Source: a virus. From it: DNA of 64,000 bases. Under the pieces are notes generated by a model that ran no database searches, was not told the origin of the DNA, and saw nothing but the letters and a program-made list of their open reading frames with translations. This document shows positions 16,688 through 25,499 of this stretch, piece by piece. The DNA lies in IMG/VR virus record IMGVR_UViG_3300037461_000409, positions 1 to 64,000 of that record, one strand, 5' to 3'. The first letter of the stretch is position 1. Every line of letters starts with the position of its first letter. A program made the position numbers and the translations under genes.

Positions 16688-16953
16688 CAGCAGCCCCCCT
16701 TCACCGCGCCCTGCACGCGGTACACCAGCTTGCCCGACATCCTGGGGGCCCTGGCCCGGGCGAGCTTGAATCGCAGGTCATCGGCGGTGTCCCCGTGCTC
16801 GTAGTCTGCCGACGGGAAACTCTCGACCACCACCCCCTGGCGATGAGCAGGGGCCAACACGGAATCCCAGGTACCTTGGCTGTGGTCGAACACCTCCTGT
16901 TCGTCCTGAAGCGCGTGGACAACATCGTACCGGTGAAACACGCAGTTGCACAT
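16687..16953 (-). CDS. Hypothetical protein
   Basis: AAGGAG RBS, coupled to the next gene. Confidence 0.55.
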   Translation of the reverse strand: MCNCVFHRYDVVHALQDEQEVFDHSQGTWDSVLAPAHRQGVVVESFPSADYEHGDTADDLRFKLARARAPRMSGKLVYRVQGAVKGGC

Positions 16954-16998
16954 GCTGGTCTCCTTTGCGCCCGAAGGCGCGGGTTGTTCAGATGGCGG

Positions 16999-17241
16999 TC
17001 AGTCTTCCGGGCCGACGCGCCTGTAGATCTTGTACTCCCGACCGCTCTCGTGGTCGCGGATGGTAAGGCGGTCCATCAACTGCCGCGCGACCAGGCCCTT
17101 GATCAGGCGCCGCACCCGGCTCACGGGCAACGCAGTCCAGGCCGCCAGTTCCGCGGGGGTCTCGCCAAAGAGAGCGCAGCCGAGCAGGCGCGCCTCGTCT
17201 TCCGTGACCTGCTGGGGACCATTCCAGGTCTGAACGATCAT
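16999..17241 (-). CDS. Small winged-HTH protein
   Basis: TPAELAAWTALPVSRVRRLIKGLVARQL. GAAGGAG RBS. Confidence 0.65.
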   Translation of the reverse strand: MIVQTWNGPQQVTEDEARLLGCALFGETPAELAAWTALPVSRVRRLIKGLVARQLMDRLTIRDHESGREYKIYRRVGPED

Positions 17242-17290
17242 CCGGTCTCCTTCTGCCCGAAGGCTCTCGAACCCGAAGGTTCTACTCAAG

Positions 17291-17318
17291 AGTATAACCA
17301 AGCACTGGCGCCGGTCAA
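17291..17318 (-). promoter_or_regulatory. Sigma70-like promoter heading the operon that contains the periodic tract and RAMP gene
   Basis: TTGACC-16 nt-TATACT just downstream of a terminator. Confidence 0.55.
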
Positions 17319-17331
17319 GGGGGGGGTGATG

Positions 17332-17375
17332 AAAAAAAGCCCGGACGCGCGAAGGAGAGAAGGACGCGGCCGGGC
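17332..17375 (-). terminator. Intrinsic terminator with pyrimidine-rich loop
   Basis: GCCCGGCCGCG...CGCGTCCGGGC followed by T7. Confidence 0.7.
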
Positions 17376-17416
17376 GAAGGAAGGCTACTTAGAGTAGGCC
17401 GATCCGGGATTGCCGG

Positions 17417-17632
17417 TCAACCCCGGCGGGCGGCTTTGCCGTCGGCGGTGAGAAGGTATCGGGTATCCCCGGCCTTGGTCGACTCGGCGTCCAGGAATCC
17501 TTTGCCCTTCAGGCTGATCATCGATCTGGCTATCGGGCCCGGGCGACTGCCGAGCTTCTCGGCCATGGTCTTGGCCGTGGCGCCAGCGCCGATGCTGGTC
17601 AGAATGTCCTTCTGGGTCTTGCTCAGTCGCAT
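17417..17632 (-). CDS. Small winged-HTH (MarR-like) protein
   Basis: LSKTQKDIL..TAKTMAEKLG..IARSMISLKGKGFL..YLLTADG. Confidence 0.7.
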   Translation of the reverse strand: MRLSKTQKDILTSIGAGATAKTMAEKLGSRPGPIARSMISLKGKGFLDAESTKAGDTRYLLTADGKAARRG

Positions 17633-17720
17633 GATGCTCCCCGTTTCTTCAGTGGTGGTTGGCGGGCAATGCCCGCCCGGTAGATCCAGATCAAATACAA
17701 ATCAGATCCTGATCGCAACG

Positions 17721-19139
17721 TCAACCGGCCTGTAGCCGCAGTCGCGCCAGATGGACGTAATTGGGATCTATCTCGACCCCTACGCAATCCAGGCCCAGGC
17801 GCCGGCAGACGGCCAGGGTCGAGCCCACGCCCGCGAACGGATCCAGCACCAGCGCCCCGGGTGGCGCGTGTCGCCGAAGCAGCCGCTCAAGCAACCACTC
17901 GGGCTTCTGCGTCGGATGGTCGAGCCGCTCGTTCCCGCCGCACACTGGCCCCTCGATCAGGTTGTGCGCCTCGGGCGCGCCGGCGTTCTCCCAGGGCATG
18001 AAGTGGTAGCGGTCGCCGCGGGTTGCCCAGCAGACGGCCTCGACCGACGACAGGTAGACGTTCCGGTGGGCCGTACCGGGGTTGGTCTTCTTCCAGATGA
18101 TCGCCCCGCGCCACGTTAGCCCGATGTTCTCGCAGATGAACTTGTACTCGCCGATGGCCTCCAGCGGAGCAAACACCAGAAGCTGACCGCCGTCGACCAA
18201 CAGTGGCGCCGCCTGGACAACCCACCCCACGTCGAGCTTGTCCCACGCGCCGAAGTTCGAGGAGATGTTCCCGCGCGCAACGTGCGCGACCAGGCTCTGC
18301 CGCTGGCCGTATGGAGGGTCGGTCAAGATCAGCTGGAAGGTCCCGTTCTCGGTCCGCCCAAAGAACTGGCGGTTGTCCTCCATGTGCAGAATCCGGCGCG
18401 CCTCGGGCCCGAGTTCCTCGACCTTTTCCTGGCGCTTCGCCTCGGCCTCCTTGGCCCGGGCTTCGAGCTTGGACCGCTTGCGCTCGACGCGCACCTTCCG
18501 CAGCACCTTGCGAACGGCCTGGTTGCGCTTGCTGGCGGTGTCTGATTTCTCAATCTCTGCCAAGTCCCCCCGCGGCAGATTCGCTACCTCGATGCACTCC
18601 TGCACGAACCGCTCGCCCTTGCCAATCTCGCGGGCGATGATCTTCGTCGCTCTCTCCGGCGCGGGATCAGGATTCGCACCCTTCGCAAAGTCTGCTTTGG
18701 TGCGGACGGACTTGCCCTTGCCCGAACCGCGCCCTCCGGTCGCCCCGACTTTCGTCCCGGGGTACAGCTGCTCATGCAGCACCTTCTGTCGCTGGAACCC
18801 GCGGCCCAGTTCGAGCACGTCGAAGTCCTTGCGCGCGACGTTTTCGGCCAGCTGCGCGTGCAGGGCAGACAGCTCGGTCTCGGCCGAGACTTCCACCGCC
18901 AGGACCGGCCGCCCCAGCCGCTGGCAGGCGGTCATCCGCCGAACGCCGGCAACCACCTCCCACTCGCCTTCGATTTTGCGCACGGCGATGGGTTGGATCT
19001 GGCCCTGCTTGGCAATGCTCGAACAGAGGGCGTTGATGTCACCAGCGTCAGACCGGGCCCGCCATCCCACCTTGATCGTCCCCGGATCCAGAGATAGCAC
19101 CGGGTTCTTGTTCGTCGTCTTCTCGGTCGTCATCATCAT
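17721..19139 (-). CDS. ParB-like N-terminal domain + N4/N6 DNA methyltransferase (beta class)
   Basis: GQIQPIAV..VVAGVRR..EN.ARKD, then LILTDPPY, HPTQKP, VLDPFAGVGST. Confidence 0.9.
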   Translation of the reverse strand: MMMTTEKTTNKNPVLSLDPGTIKVGWRARSDAGDINALCSSIAKQGQIQPIAVRKIEGEWEVVAGVRRMTACQRLGRPVLAVEVSAETELSALHAQLAENVARKDFDVLELGRGFQRQKVLHEQLYPGTKVGATGGRGSGKGKSVRTKADFAKGANPDPAPERATKIIAREIGKGERFVQECIEVANLPRGDLAEIEKSDTASKRNQAVRKVLRKVRVERKRSKLEARAKEAEAKRQEKVEELGPEARRILHMEDNRQFFGRTENGTFQLILTDPPYGQRQSLVAHVARGNISSNFGAWDKLDVGWVVQAAPLLVDGGQLLVFAPLEAIGEYKFICENIGLTWRGAIIWKKTNPGTAHRNVYLSSVEAVCWATRGDRYHFMPWENAGAPEAHNLIEGPVCGGNERLDHPTQKPEWLLERLLRRHAPPGALVLDPFAGVGSTLAVCRRLGLDCVGVEIDPNYVHLARLRLQAG

Positions 19140-19722
19140 CGATCCCTAGTTCCTCCCGCCGCCGCTTGCGGCGCTCGCGCAGGAGGTTGTGCGCCAGGCG
19201 GCGCATCTCATCCTTGTTGAACGGCAGCTCCCTACCCTCGGAGGCAGCGCCAGCTATCTCCTGCTCACTCGCGGCCAGCATTGGCTCGATTGAGGTCAGG
19301 ATCGCCGCGCGCTTGGTCTCTACCAGATCATCGAGGATGGCGTAAGCCTTGATCATGCCCTCCCACGAGCGGGGGGCGATGGGGAAGCGCTCGATCCCTC
19401 GCTCGTCGACCTTTGGCCGGATGAACTGGAAGACCTTGCCCTTGAGCTCCGATGCCTCGGCCAGCTCGGCCACCCGAGCTTGAACCAGAGAGACATGCTT
19501 CTGCCTAAGCCAGGCGGCCTGCACCCCACGCCAGAACGCCAGACGGCGCTCTACCCAATGATGGGTCCGTGCATGTTCCTGGAAGGTCGGAAGCACCAAG
19601 TGCTTCGAGAGCATCCGATCCCACCACCACTCCAGTGAACGGCGGTTGGGGTCGGCAATGAACTCCGACTCAGTCCGCAGCAAAAGGATCTGCGTGTCCT
19701 CGGATGTCACGTCCCTGGCCAA
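19048..19722 (-). CDS. Hypothetical protein (possible terminase small subunit-like)
   Basis: Helical protein with HW.ERR motif and acidic tail. Function is a guess. Confidence 0.45.
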   Translation of the reverse strand: MARDVTSEDTQILLLRTESEFIADPNRRSLEWWWDRMLSKHLVLPTFQEHARTHHWVERRLAFWRGVQAAWLRQKHVSLVQARVAELAEASELKGKVFQFIRPKVDERGIERFPIAPRSWEGMIKAYAILDDLVETKRAAILTSIEPMLAASEQEIAGAASEGRELPFNKDEMRRLAHNLLRERRKRRREELGIDDDDDREDDEQEPGAISGSGDDQGGMAGPV

Positions 19723-20191
19723 GCAGGTCCTCCCACTGTTGGGTGTCCAGGTCCGGCCTCTCGCTTCGGGCGAACGCCGCGATCCGGTCGTTCACGTCGG
19801 CCAGGAACCGCTGATAGAAGGTCCCGATCACCGCCTTGGCATGTTCTTGCCCCAGCTGCTCGGGCGACTTGCCCGCGGAGTCCTGGATCGACGGATGGGG
19901 GACGGCCATGTACCCCGGAGGGAAATCCACGTCGATCCTGGGAACCAAATGCTGTGTCAGCGGGTGGGTGTCGAGCTCGACCTTGATCGCCTCGACCGGC
20001 AGCTGCAGCTCGCGGGCGATGGCCAGGCGAAGATCCAGCAGCCGGGTCAGGAACACCCCCCGCCGCGTGATCATGCAGGTGCCCCCCGGTGGGAGGGGGA
20101 AACCCGCGCTGGCCATGGCCTCGGCCCACTCGCGGTAAGCGCGATAGCCCTCGGTCAGGGCGTCAAGCGATTCATTGGCCATTGGCGGCAT
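19670..20191 (-). CDS. Hypothetical protein
   Basis: ORF in the coupled minus-strand series. Confidence 0.55.
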   Translation of the reverse strand: MPPMANESLDALTEGYRAYREWAEAMASAGFPLPPGGTCMITRRGVFLTRLLDLRLAIARELQLPVEAIKVELDTHPLTQHLVPRIDVDFPPGYMAVPHPSIQDSAGKSPEQLGQEHAKAVIGTFYQRFLADVNDRIAAFARSERPDLDTQQWEDLLGQGRDIRGHADPFAAD

Positions 20192-20405
20192 CCTCGTATC
20201 GCACGATCACCTCCGGCAGATCGCCGATGGTGCTCAGGTCGGGATCAATCCACACGCCACGCACGGTAGCTCCCCGGGGCAACACCAGCACCGCCGCTTC
20301 GTTGTTGTCCTTGCGAAGCCACGCGGACAGACGCGCGGCGATGTCCTGCATGTGCCGATCATCGTCACGCACGCCACTCAACGCCAACAGCAACTTCCGC
20401 TTCAT
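20172..20405 (-). CDS. Hypothetical protein
   Basis: MKRKLLLALSG start behind GAAGGA. Confidence 0.5.
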   Translation of the reverse strand: MKRKLLLALSGVRDDDRHMQDIAARLSAWLRKDNNEAAVLVLPRGATVRGVWIDPDLSTIGDLPEVIVRYEDAANGQ

Positions 20406-20458
20406 CAGGTTTCCTTCACTCGGCCGCCCCACAGTAGCACATGCTCGGCTTGGCCATG

Positions 20459-21001
20459 TCAAGCGCTCCGCAGGATCTTCAGAAAGTCCTCGTACTCGAT
20501 CCTCACCGGCAAATACCCCTGGTCTTTGGTCTCCGGGAACTCCCCTCCGCAGCAGCGCACAAGGTCGGCCAATCGCATGCACGCCACGGCAGATCGAGCT
20601 CCCCGCTGGTGACAGATGGCCACTGGCCGGGTCCATCTCCGCTCCGACGGTCCATCGGCCCGCCGCCAGTGCATTGCCAGATCGCGCTCGGCCTGACGGA
20701 GCTTGGCCTCGGGCGAGATGGTTGCCGAGTCCTGGAGCTCCATCCACCAGGAACAGGGGGCAATCACGTCCGGCTCGTGAGCATTCCGACCCTGCTCCCC
20801 GCGGCGCACGGTCGTGCCGGCCATCGCGGCCTTGAGCGTCTTCCTGTCAGCCGCGGCAATCGCGGCCAGCACCTCCGGCGCGTCGTAGATTTCCCGGAGG
20901 TCCCGCGCCACCTGCTGCTCGAACGCCTTGCCCTTCCTACGCGAGCGCCGGCCCGCCGCCTGGCGTTTGGGATCCTTGGCCAGCTTCTCGCTGCTCGGCA
21001 T
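20459..21001 (-). CDS. Holliday junction resolvase-like PD-(D/E)xK nuclease
   Basis: GRRSRRKGKAFEQQVARDL, RRGEQ, PDV...WWMEL, LRQAERD. Confidence 0.75.
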   Translation of the reverse strand: MPSSEKLAKDPKRQAAGRRSRRKGKAFEQQVARDLREIYDAPEVLAAIAAADRKTLKAAMAGTTVRRGEQGRNAHEPDVIAPCSWWMELQDSATISPEAKLRQAERDLAMHWRRADGPSERRWTRPVAICHQRGARSAVACMRLADLVRCCGGEFPETKDQGYLPVRIEYEDFLKILRSA

Positions 21002-21395
21002 GTTCTACCCCCTCAGTGGTCATCAGACGCTTGGCCTCGGCCACATGCAACGGCCGCAGCTGGACGTAGTGGACGTTCGATGTCACCAGCAACACCGGCA
21101 TGCGCAAGTTGGCCTCACTCATCCGGCGCAGGTCCTCGCCCATGGCGTCGGGCAACCCCATTGGCACGACACAGATCGCCAGCTCGGGCGACAGGTCCAG
21201 CTGGTCACCCTGGGCCCCCACGCGGAGGTTGTTCAAATGGATCCTGTGGCCACACTGCTGGCACTTGATCGAAGCCGCGTAGCGAACGCCGCGCACCAGG
21301 ATGTTGTGCTCCCCCACCTCGGCGATCCGCTTGGCCACCCCATCGAACAACTGGGTCATCTTGTACCAGGTGGGCTTTCGCAGGGCATCTTTCAT
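20937..21395 (-). CDS. Hypothetical protein with CxxC
   Basis: KCQQCGH, ATGA coupling. Confidence 0.5.
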   Translation of the reverse strand: MKDALRKPTWYKMTQLFDGVAKRIAEVGEHNILVRGVRYAASIKCQQCGHRIHLNNLRVGAQGDQLDLSPELAICVVPMGLPDAMGEDLRRMSEANLRMPVLLVTSNVHYVQLRPLHVAEAKRLMTTEGVEHAEQREAGQGSQTPGGGPALA

Positions 21396-21727
21396 GGTTG
21401 CACCCCCAGGGCCGCCTCGGCCGTGCGATGCAGCAGGGCCGAGAGTAGTTGGCGTTTCAGGGTCTCGAACATCGGGATCGGTACATGCCCGAATGCCTGC
21501 AGGGCCATCAGCGTCCCGATGGCCTGGCCATGGTAGAGCATGAGCTTTCTCTCCCAGCGCAGGTACGCCACGCTCGTCAGCTGATCAGTCGGTGGCGGTG
21601 GTTGTCGGCGGATGGTTTCATACACCGCCTGGATCCGCTCAAGCACGTAGTTCTGCGCCTGCTCGGGCGTCGCCAGTTGCCCGGCCACCACTCGCGGATC
21701 GACGATCAGATGGTCCTCGACGGTCAT
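21392..21727 (-). CDS. Hypothetical protein
   Basis: MTVEDHL start, ATGA overlaps. Confidence 0.5.
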   Translation of the reverse strand: MTVEDHLIVDPRVVAGQLATPEQAQNYVLERIQAVYETIRRQPPPPTDQLTSVAYLRWERKLMLYHGQAIGTLMALQAFGHVPIPMFETLKRQLLSALLHRTAEAALGVQP

Positions 21728-22092
21728 GACACGACCTTCCCGCCGTTGCCAGGGACCGCCTGCTCGGCCAGCTCCTCGCGCCCGGCCCGGGCCGCCGCCT
21801 CGATCAGAATGCCGTAGCCGGCGATGTCCAGTCCGGGCGACTCGAAGGCCCGTCCACAATGGGGGCATGGAATGTGGCCGGCCAGATGGTCTGTGCCTGT
21901 GGCCAGCCGGAACAGCTTGTCGATCAAGCGCGTGACCGCCAAGAGCGTGCGGAACTGACAGACCGCGACGCCGTTGGGGTAGAGCGCCTCAAGCACCTTG
22001 CAGCTCAGCCGGAACGACTCGCCGTACTGCCTGTTCTTCGTCTCGACCAGCTGGCCGATCTCGGTGCCGATCTTCTCGAACTCACCACTCAC
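21724..22092 (-). CDS. Nucleotide-modification-associated (DUF1599/Nmad-like, MazG-related) protein
   Basis: KNRQYGESF..IDKLFR..ESP.LDIAGYGIL. Confidence 0.65.
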   Translation of the reverse strand: MSGEFEKIGTEIGQLVETKNRQYGESFRLSCKVLEALYPNGVAVCQFRTLLAVTRLIDKLFRLATGTDHLAGHIPCPHCGRAFESPGLDIAGYGILIEAAARAGREELAEQAVPGNGGKVVS

Positions 22093-22703
22093 TTGTCGTC
22101 TCCCTTTCTCTTGAACTTCGCCGCATCGGGACAGGTGGCGAAGTGGTTGCAGGCGTCTCCGTCGTAGGGCGTGATCTTCCCGCGCTTCGTCCGAACAAAC
22201 CAGATCGTGGCCGTGCAAGTCGGTCCCTTGCAGGGCAGGCGGTCACCCACCACGTCCAACAACCTCCGGATGTTCTCGCGGAGCTCGGAGACCAGGTCCT
22301 GGAGCTTCAGCCGCTCGCCGATCAGCTCCTCGCACCGGGCCTTCCAGGTGAGGTCCGGGAACTCGTGCTCTCCGACGTAGACCTGTCGACGCAGGGACCG
22401 ATTCTCTTCCTCCAGGTCCGAGACCCTGCGCACGAGGTCCATCCAGTCGTAAGCGACCGACTGGCCTTCCACCATGGGCGTTGGTATGGTTGTGACGGTC
22501 TGCCCCCACTCTCTGGACATCGCCTCACGCGCGGCGTTGGCGGCCTCGTTAGCCAGGGCCTCTTGTGGCTGGCACGGGACTGACGATGTCAGGACCCTCG
22601 CACCAATGACCGTAGCCACGGGCAACCCACCTGGGCCGAGGGCCGAAACCTTGACCTTGACCGAAAACCTATCAGCAACTACTGGCCCCACTTGGCCCTC
22701 CAC
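22089..22703 (-). CDS. Hypothetical coiled-coil protein with C-terminal Zn finger
   Basis: CKGPTC.A.IWFVRT..GK..P.D....HFATCPDA..F. Confidence 0.6.
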   Translation of the reverse strand: MEGQVGPVVADRFSVKVKVSALGPGGLPVATVIGARVLTSSVPCQPQEALANEAANAAREAMSREWGQTVTTIPTPMVEGQSVAYDWMDLVRRVSDLEEENRSLRRQVYVGEHEFPDLTWKARCEELIGERLKLQDLVSELRENIRRLLDVVGDRLPCKGPTCTATIWFVRTKRGKITPYDGDACNHFATCPDAAKFKRKGDDK

Positions 22704-22996
22704 ATTGCGAACACCGGACGCGGGATCGTGTAGCGGACGATCCTGCCGGTGGGCTGCATGTTCACGCGATAGGCCATGGTATCAGGCGTTGACCGCTCGT
22801 GATCGGGGGTGATTGTGGGGTTCCCGTATTCCGGCAAGTCCACCACGATGTCGCCGGTTTCGCGGCATTGGCGCTCAACCTTCTCGGCCGCGATAAATAC
22901 CCGCCTATCCTCTCGCGCAACCAACAACGAAGCGCAGGTTTCGCTGATGGCCTTGTTCATGGCCTTGTTCATGCGCTCTCGTAACAACTCTTCCAT
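22679..22996 (-). CDS. Hypothetical protein
   Basis: AAGGAGG RBS. Confidence 0.5.
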   Translation of the reverse strand: MEELLRERMNKAMNKAISETCASLLVAREDRRVFIAAEKVERQCRETGDIVVDLPEYGNPTITPDHERSTPDTMAYRVNMQPTGRIVRYTIPRPVFAMWRAKWGQ

Positions 22997-23011
22997 TGCT
23001 GCACGCCTCCT

Positions 23012-23602
23012 TCACTCTAAGATGGGGGGCAAATCGTCACGTCCAGACGGCCGCCCGAACGCCGCGGCTGCGAGCTCGGAACAGGTGGCGATCATCCGTC
23101 GCAACAGGGCCTTGTCCAGAACAACGCGCGCCCAGAAAGCGGCCTTCTTCGGATCGGCTCGGTGAAGCATAACCGTAGCGGCCTCATCCGGCGGGGGCTT
23201 GCCACTGTGGCACGCCTCCTGGAGAGCAGCGAAGATGCTGGCATGCCCGGGATGGTAGAAGTCCTGCCGGGAAAGAGCGCCGACTAGATATTCCGCCGCG
23301 TCAACAGGGCCGTTGGCGATGATCGAAAGAACGCTTTTCTCGGCTTCGAGGTTGTGCGGCATGGCGCGCCCCTCGCGCTTGTCATGGCGCGCCTTACACG
23401 CTGGCTCCTGACTCTTTTGGGTCTTCCCCGCGTACTCTCCGCACCAGTCGTCTGACATCACATCTGGCCAATATGAATCAAGGACCCTTTCGACAGGGTT
23501 GCACACCACTTGTGGCGCCCGCCTCCGACACTCGGAAATCTCTTCTTCCTCGTCGTGCTGATTGAAATAGAAATACCGGCAATCTTCGCATTTCATGGTC
23601 AT
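23012..23602 (-). CDS. Cys-rich module fused to a DnaB N-terminal-domain fragment
   Basis: CEDCRYF..CRRRAP..WP.V..DDWCGE, then MPHNLEAEKSVL..L...DFYHPGH..IF.A..KALLRRMI. No ATPase domain. Confidence 0.7.
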   Translation of the reverse strand: MTMKCEDCRYFYFNQHDEEEEISECRRRAPQVVCNPVERVLDSYWPDVMSDDWCGEYAGKTQKSQEPACKARHDKREGRAMPHNLEAEKSVLSIIANGPVDAAEYLVGALSRQDFYHPGHASIFAALQEACHSGKPPPDEAATVMLHRADPKKAAFWARVVLDKALLRRMIATCSELAAAAFGRPSGRDDLPPILE

Positions 23603-23755
23603 CTTCCTTTCATCGGCAGCAGCCGAATGTCAGTTGTTGCGCGGCCATTGCCCGCTCGCGCCGCCAGCGACAAACCAAGGCCATCCGACAAACGAACCCG
23701 CGGCCAGTCAGCCGCAGGTCCCGTTCAGGCAAAAACTCTCCGCACCGTCGACAAG

Positions 23756-24760
23756 CTACCATTCCGGCTGGCTCGTTTTGGTGCCCCACATCTCGTCGTC
23801 GATCCATGCGCGCAGTTCCTTGTTCGCCACCAACAGCCCCGAGCCCTTCGGCCGCTTCACCCGGGCCAGCCCGTCGAAGTCGCCGGCCATCAGTCCCAGC
23901 ACCGGAACCGCGCTCCACTTCTCGATGGTCGCGAGCTTGTTCGCCCAGTGGCTCGCCCAACAGAGCTCCTCCAGCCCGACGGCCACGGCGATCCAGCGGA
24001 TGTCCGACCAGGGTGACGCCTTGAGCTTACCCTCCCAGCCGGTGCCCTCGACCGGGATATCCGGCTTCTGCGGGAGCTTCCCGCGCAAGAGCGCAACCCC
24101 GGCGTCGTCGGCCAGCATCAGCCCCTTGTCCGGGAAGCCCGGGCAGCGCATGCCGCTGGTCAAACCGGCAATCACCCCGTCCTCGGGACGCCACAGGCGG
24201 CTCACGAGCTCGCGCAGCCCCTGGGTGGAAGAATCCCGACCGCGCACGAGGTCCAGAATCTGGTGGCTGATGGGATCCAGCCCGAACAGCTGGCCATCCT
24301 GGCGCATTAGCGTGGGCCAGCCGGTCTCACCCACGTTCTCCTGCCGCTCGGACAGCGGCGTCACGTCCATGACCATCCCGTCGATCACCGCCAGCTTCCG
24401 GCTGTGATCGCCCTCGGGAACCGCGGGGTCAACCCCCACGATCAGCTCCACATCCCGCGGATCAACCCGCTCGGGCGGCCCCTCCTGGGTCAAGCGCGTG
24501 ATGCTCTGCCCGTACACCTGGCGGTCGCGAGCCTCGGTTGCTGGCGTCTGAATCTGCCGGCGGTATCCCACGTCCTCCGGCCCATTGGGCCGCGGTTCCA
24601 CCTCGTCCGGACCGGCGACCTTGCCCCGCCGGTCGAACAGCAGACGCTGGCCTTTCAGAGACGCTCGCTCAACCTCGTCGCGCTTCTTCACCGCCCTGCT
24701 CATGGACTCCTCAAACGGGTTCTGAGGGGAGTTGAGCATCTCCTCGAACGTCCTGGTCAT
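23756..24760 (-). CDS. Hypothetical protein
   Basis: 334-aa ORF, ATGA-coupled to the loader ATPase. Confidence 0.6.
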   Translation of the reverse strand: MTRTFEEMLNSPQNPFEESMSRAVKKRDEVERASLKGQRLLFDRRGKVAGPDEVEPRPNGPEDVGYRRQIQTPATEARDRQVYGQSITRLTQEGPPERVDPRDVELIVGVDPAVPEGDHSRKLAVIDGMVMDVTPLSERQENVGETGWPTLMRQDGQLFGLDPISHQILDLVRGRDSSTQGLRELVSRLWRPEDGVIAGLTSGMRCPGFPDKGLMLADDAGVALLRGKLPQKPDIPVEGTGWEGKLKASPWSDIRWIAVAVGLEELCWASHWANKLATIEKWSAVPVLGLMAGDFDGLARVKRPKGSGLLVANKELRAWIDDEMWGTKTSQPEW

Positions 24761-25461
24761 CGGATGGTCTCCCTCGGCACGACCAGCGCCGCGCCCTCAG
24801 CCTGGATGCGAGACATCAGGCGCGCGTCGTACCTCTGCCCGATGTCCTCGGGCCCGAGGTTGGTGGTGCAGATCGTCAGCCGCCCGGCATCCCACCGGCG
24901 CAACAACAGCTCCTCGACGTTGGTCGTGTCTTGCTCGCGCTCTCGGCCGAGGTCGTCCAGAACCAGGGCGACACAGCGGGCCTCGGAACAGTCTCGCTGT
25001 TCGCGAGCGGGAATCTGGCAGAAGTCCCAGGCCGTGACGAACAGCCCCCCGGCTCCGATGTCCGGCTGGTCATCGATCACCAGCTGGTCGCGCCGACGAT
25101 GGCGCTCGGCCAGGGCCCAGCAGGCGGCGACGGTCTTGCCGGTCCCCGGGGGTCCGGCGATCATCACCAGGCGCTTGCCATCGACCACCGCCTGGTTGGT
25201 CGACGAAGTCACCAAGCGCTTGCGGTCGATTCGTTGGATCGTCTCCAGGATGGCCGGGGGGATCCGCGAGCCGCTGGTCAGCCACGCCTGTCGCCGGGCT
25301 TCCGCCTGCCGCAACTGGAAGTCGCGCCACTCGCGCGCTCGCTCGGCGGCGGTCTCGGGGTCGACCGCGGCCATGGCGCGATTGGCAATCTCCTTCAGCC
25401 GCGACCCGATGAGCTCTCCGGCCTTGACCGGCCCGCTGTCGATGGCCAGCACCTTGCGCAT
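24757..25461 (-). CDS. DnaC/IstB-like helicase loader ATPase (start uncertain, frame open to 25680)
   Basis: GPPGTGKT, LVLDDLGRE, TICTTNL, R.MSRI. Follows the initiator gene. Confidence 0.85.
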   Translation of the reverse strand: MRKVLAIDSGPVKAGELIGSRLKEIANRAMAAVDPETAAERAREWRDFQLRQAEARRQAWLTSGSRIPPAILETIQRIDRKRLVTSSTNQAVVDGKRLVMIAGPPGTGKTVAACWALAERHRRRDQLVIDDQPDIGAGGLFVTAWDFCQIPAREQRDCSEARCVALVLDDLGREREQDTTNVEELLLRRWDAGRLTICTTNLGPEDIGQRYDARLMSRIQAEGAALVVPRETIR

Positions 25462-25499
25462 GCGCAGCAGCTCCTCCTGAGCCCGTTCGATGATCTCGC

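Noticed and set aside
17721-19139. ParB-methyltransferase fusion as a novelty
   Set aside because: This is a common architecture in phages.
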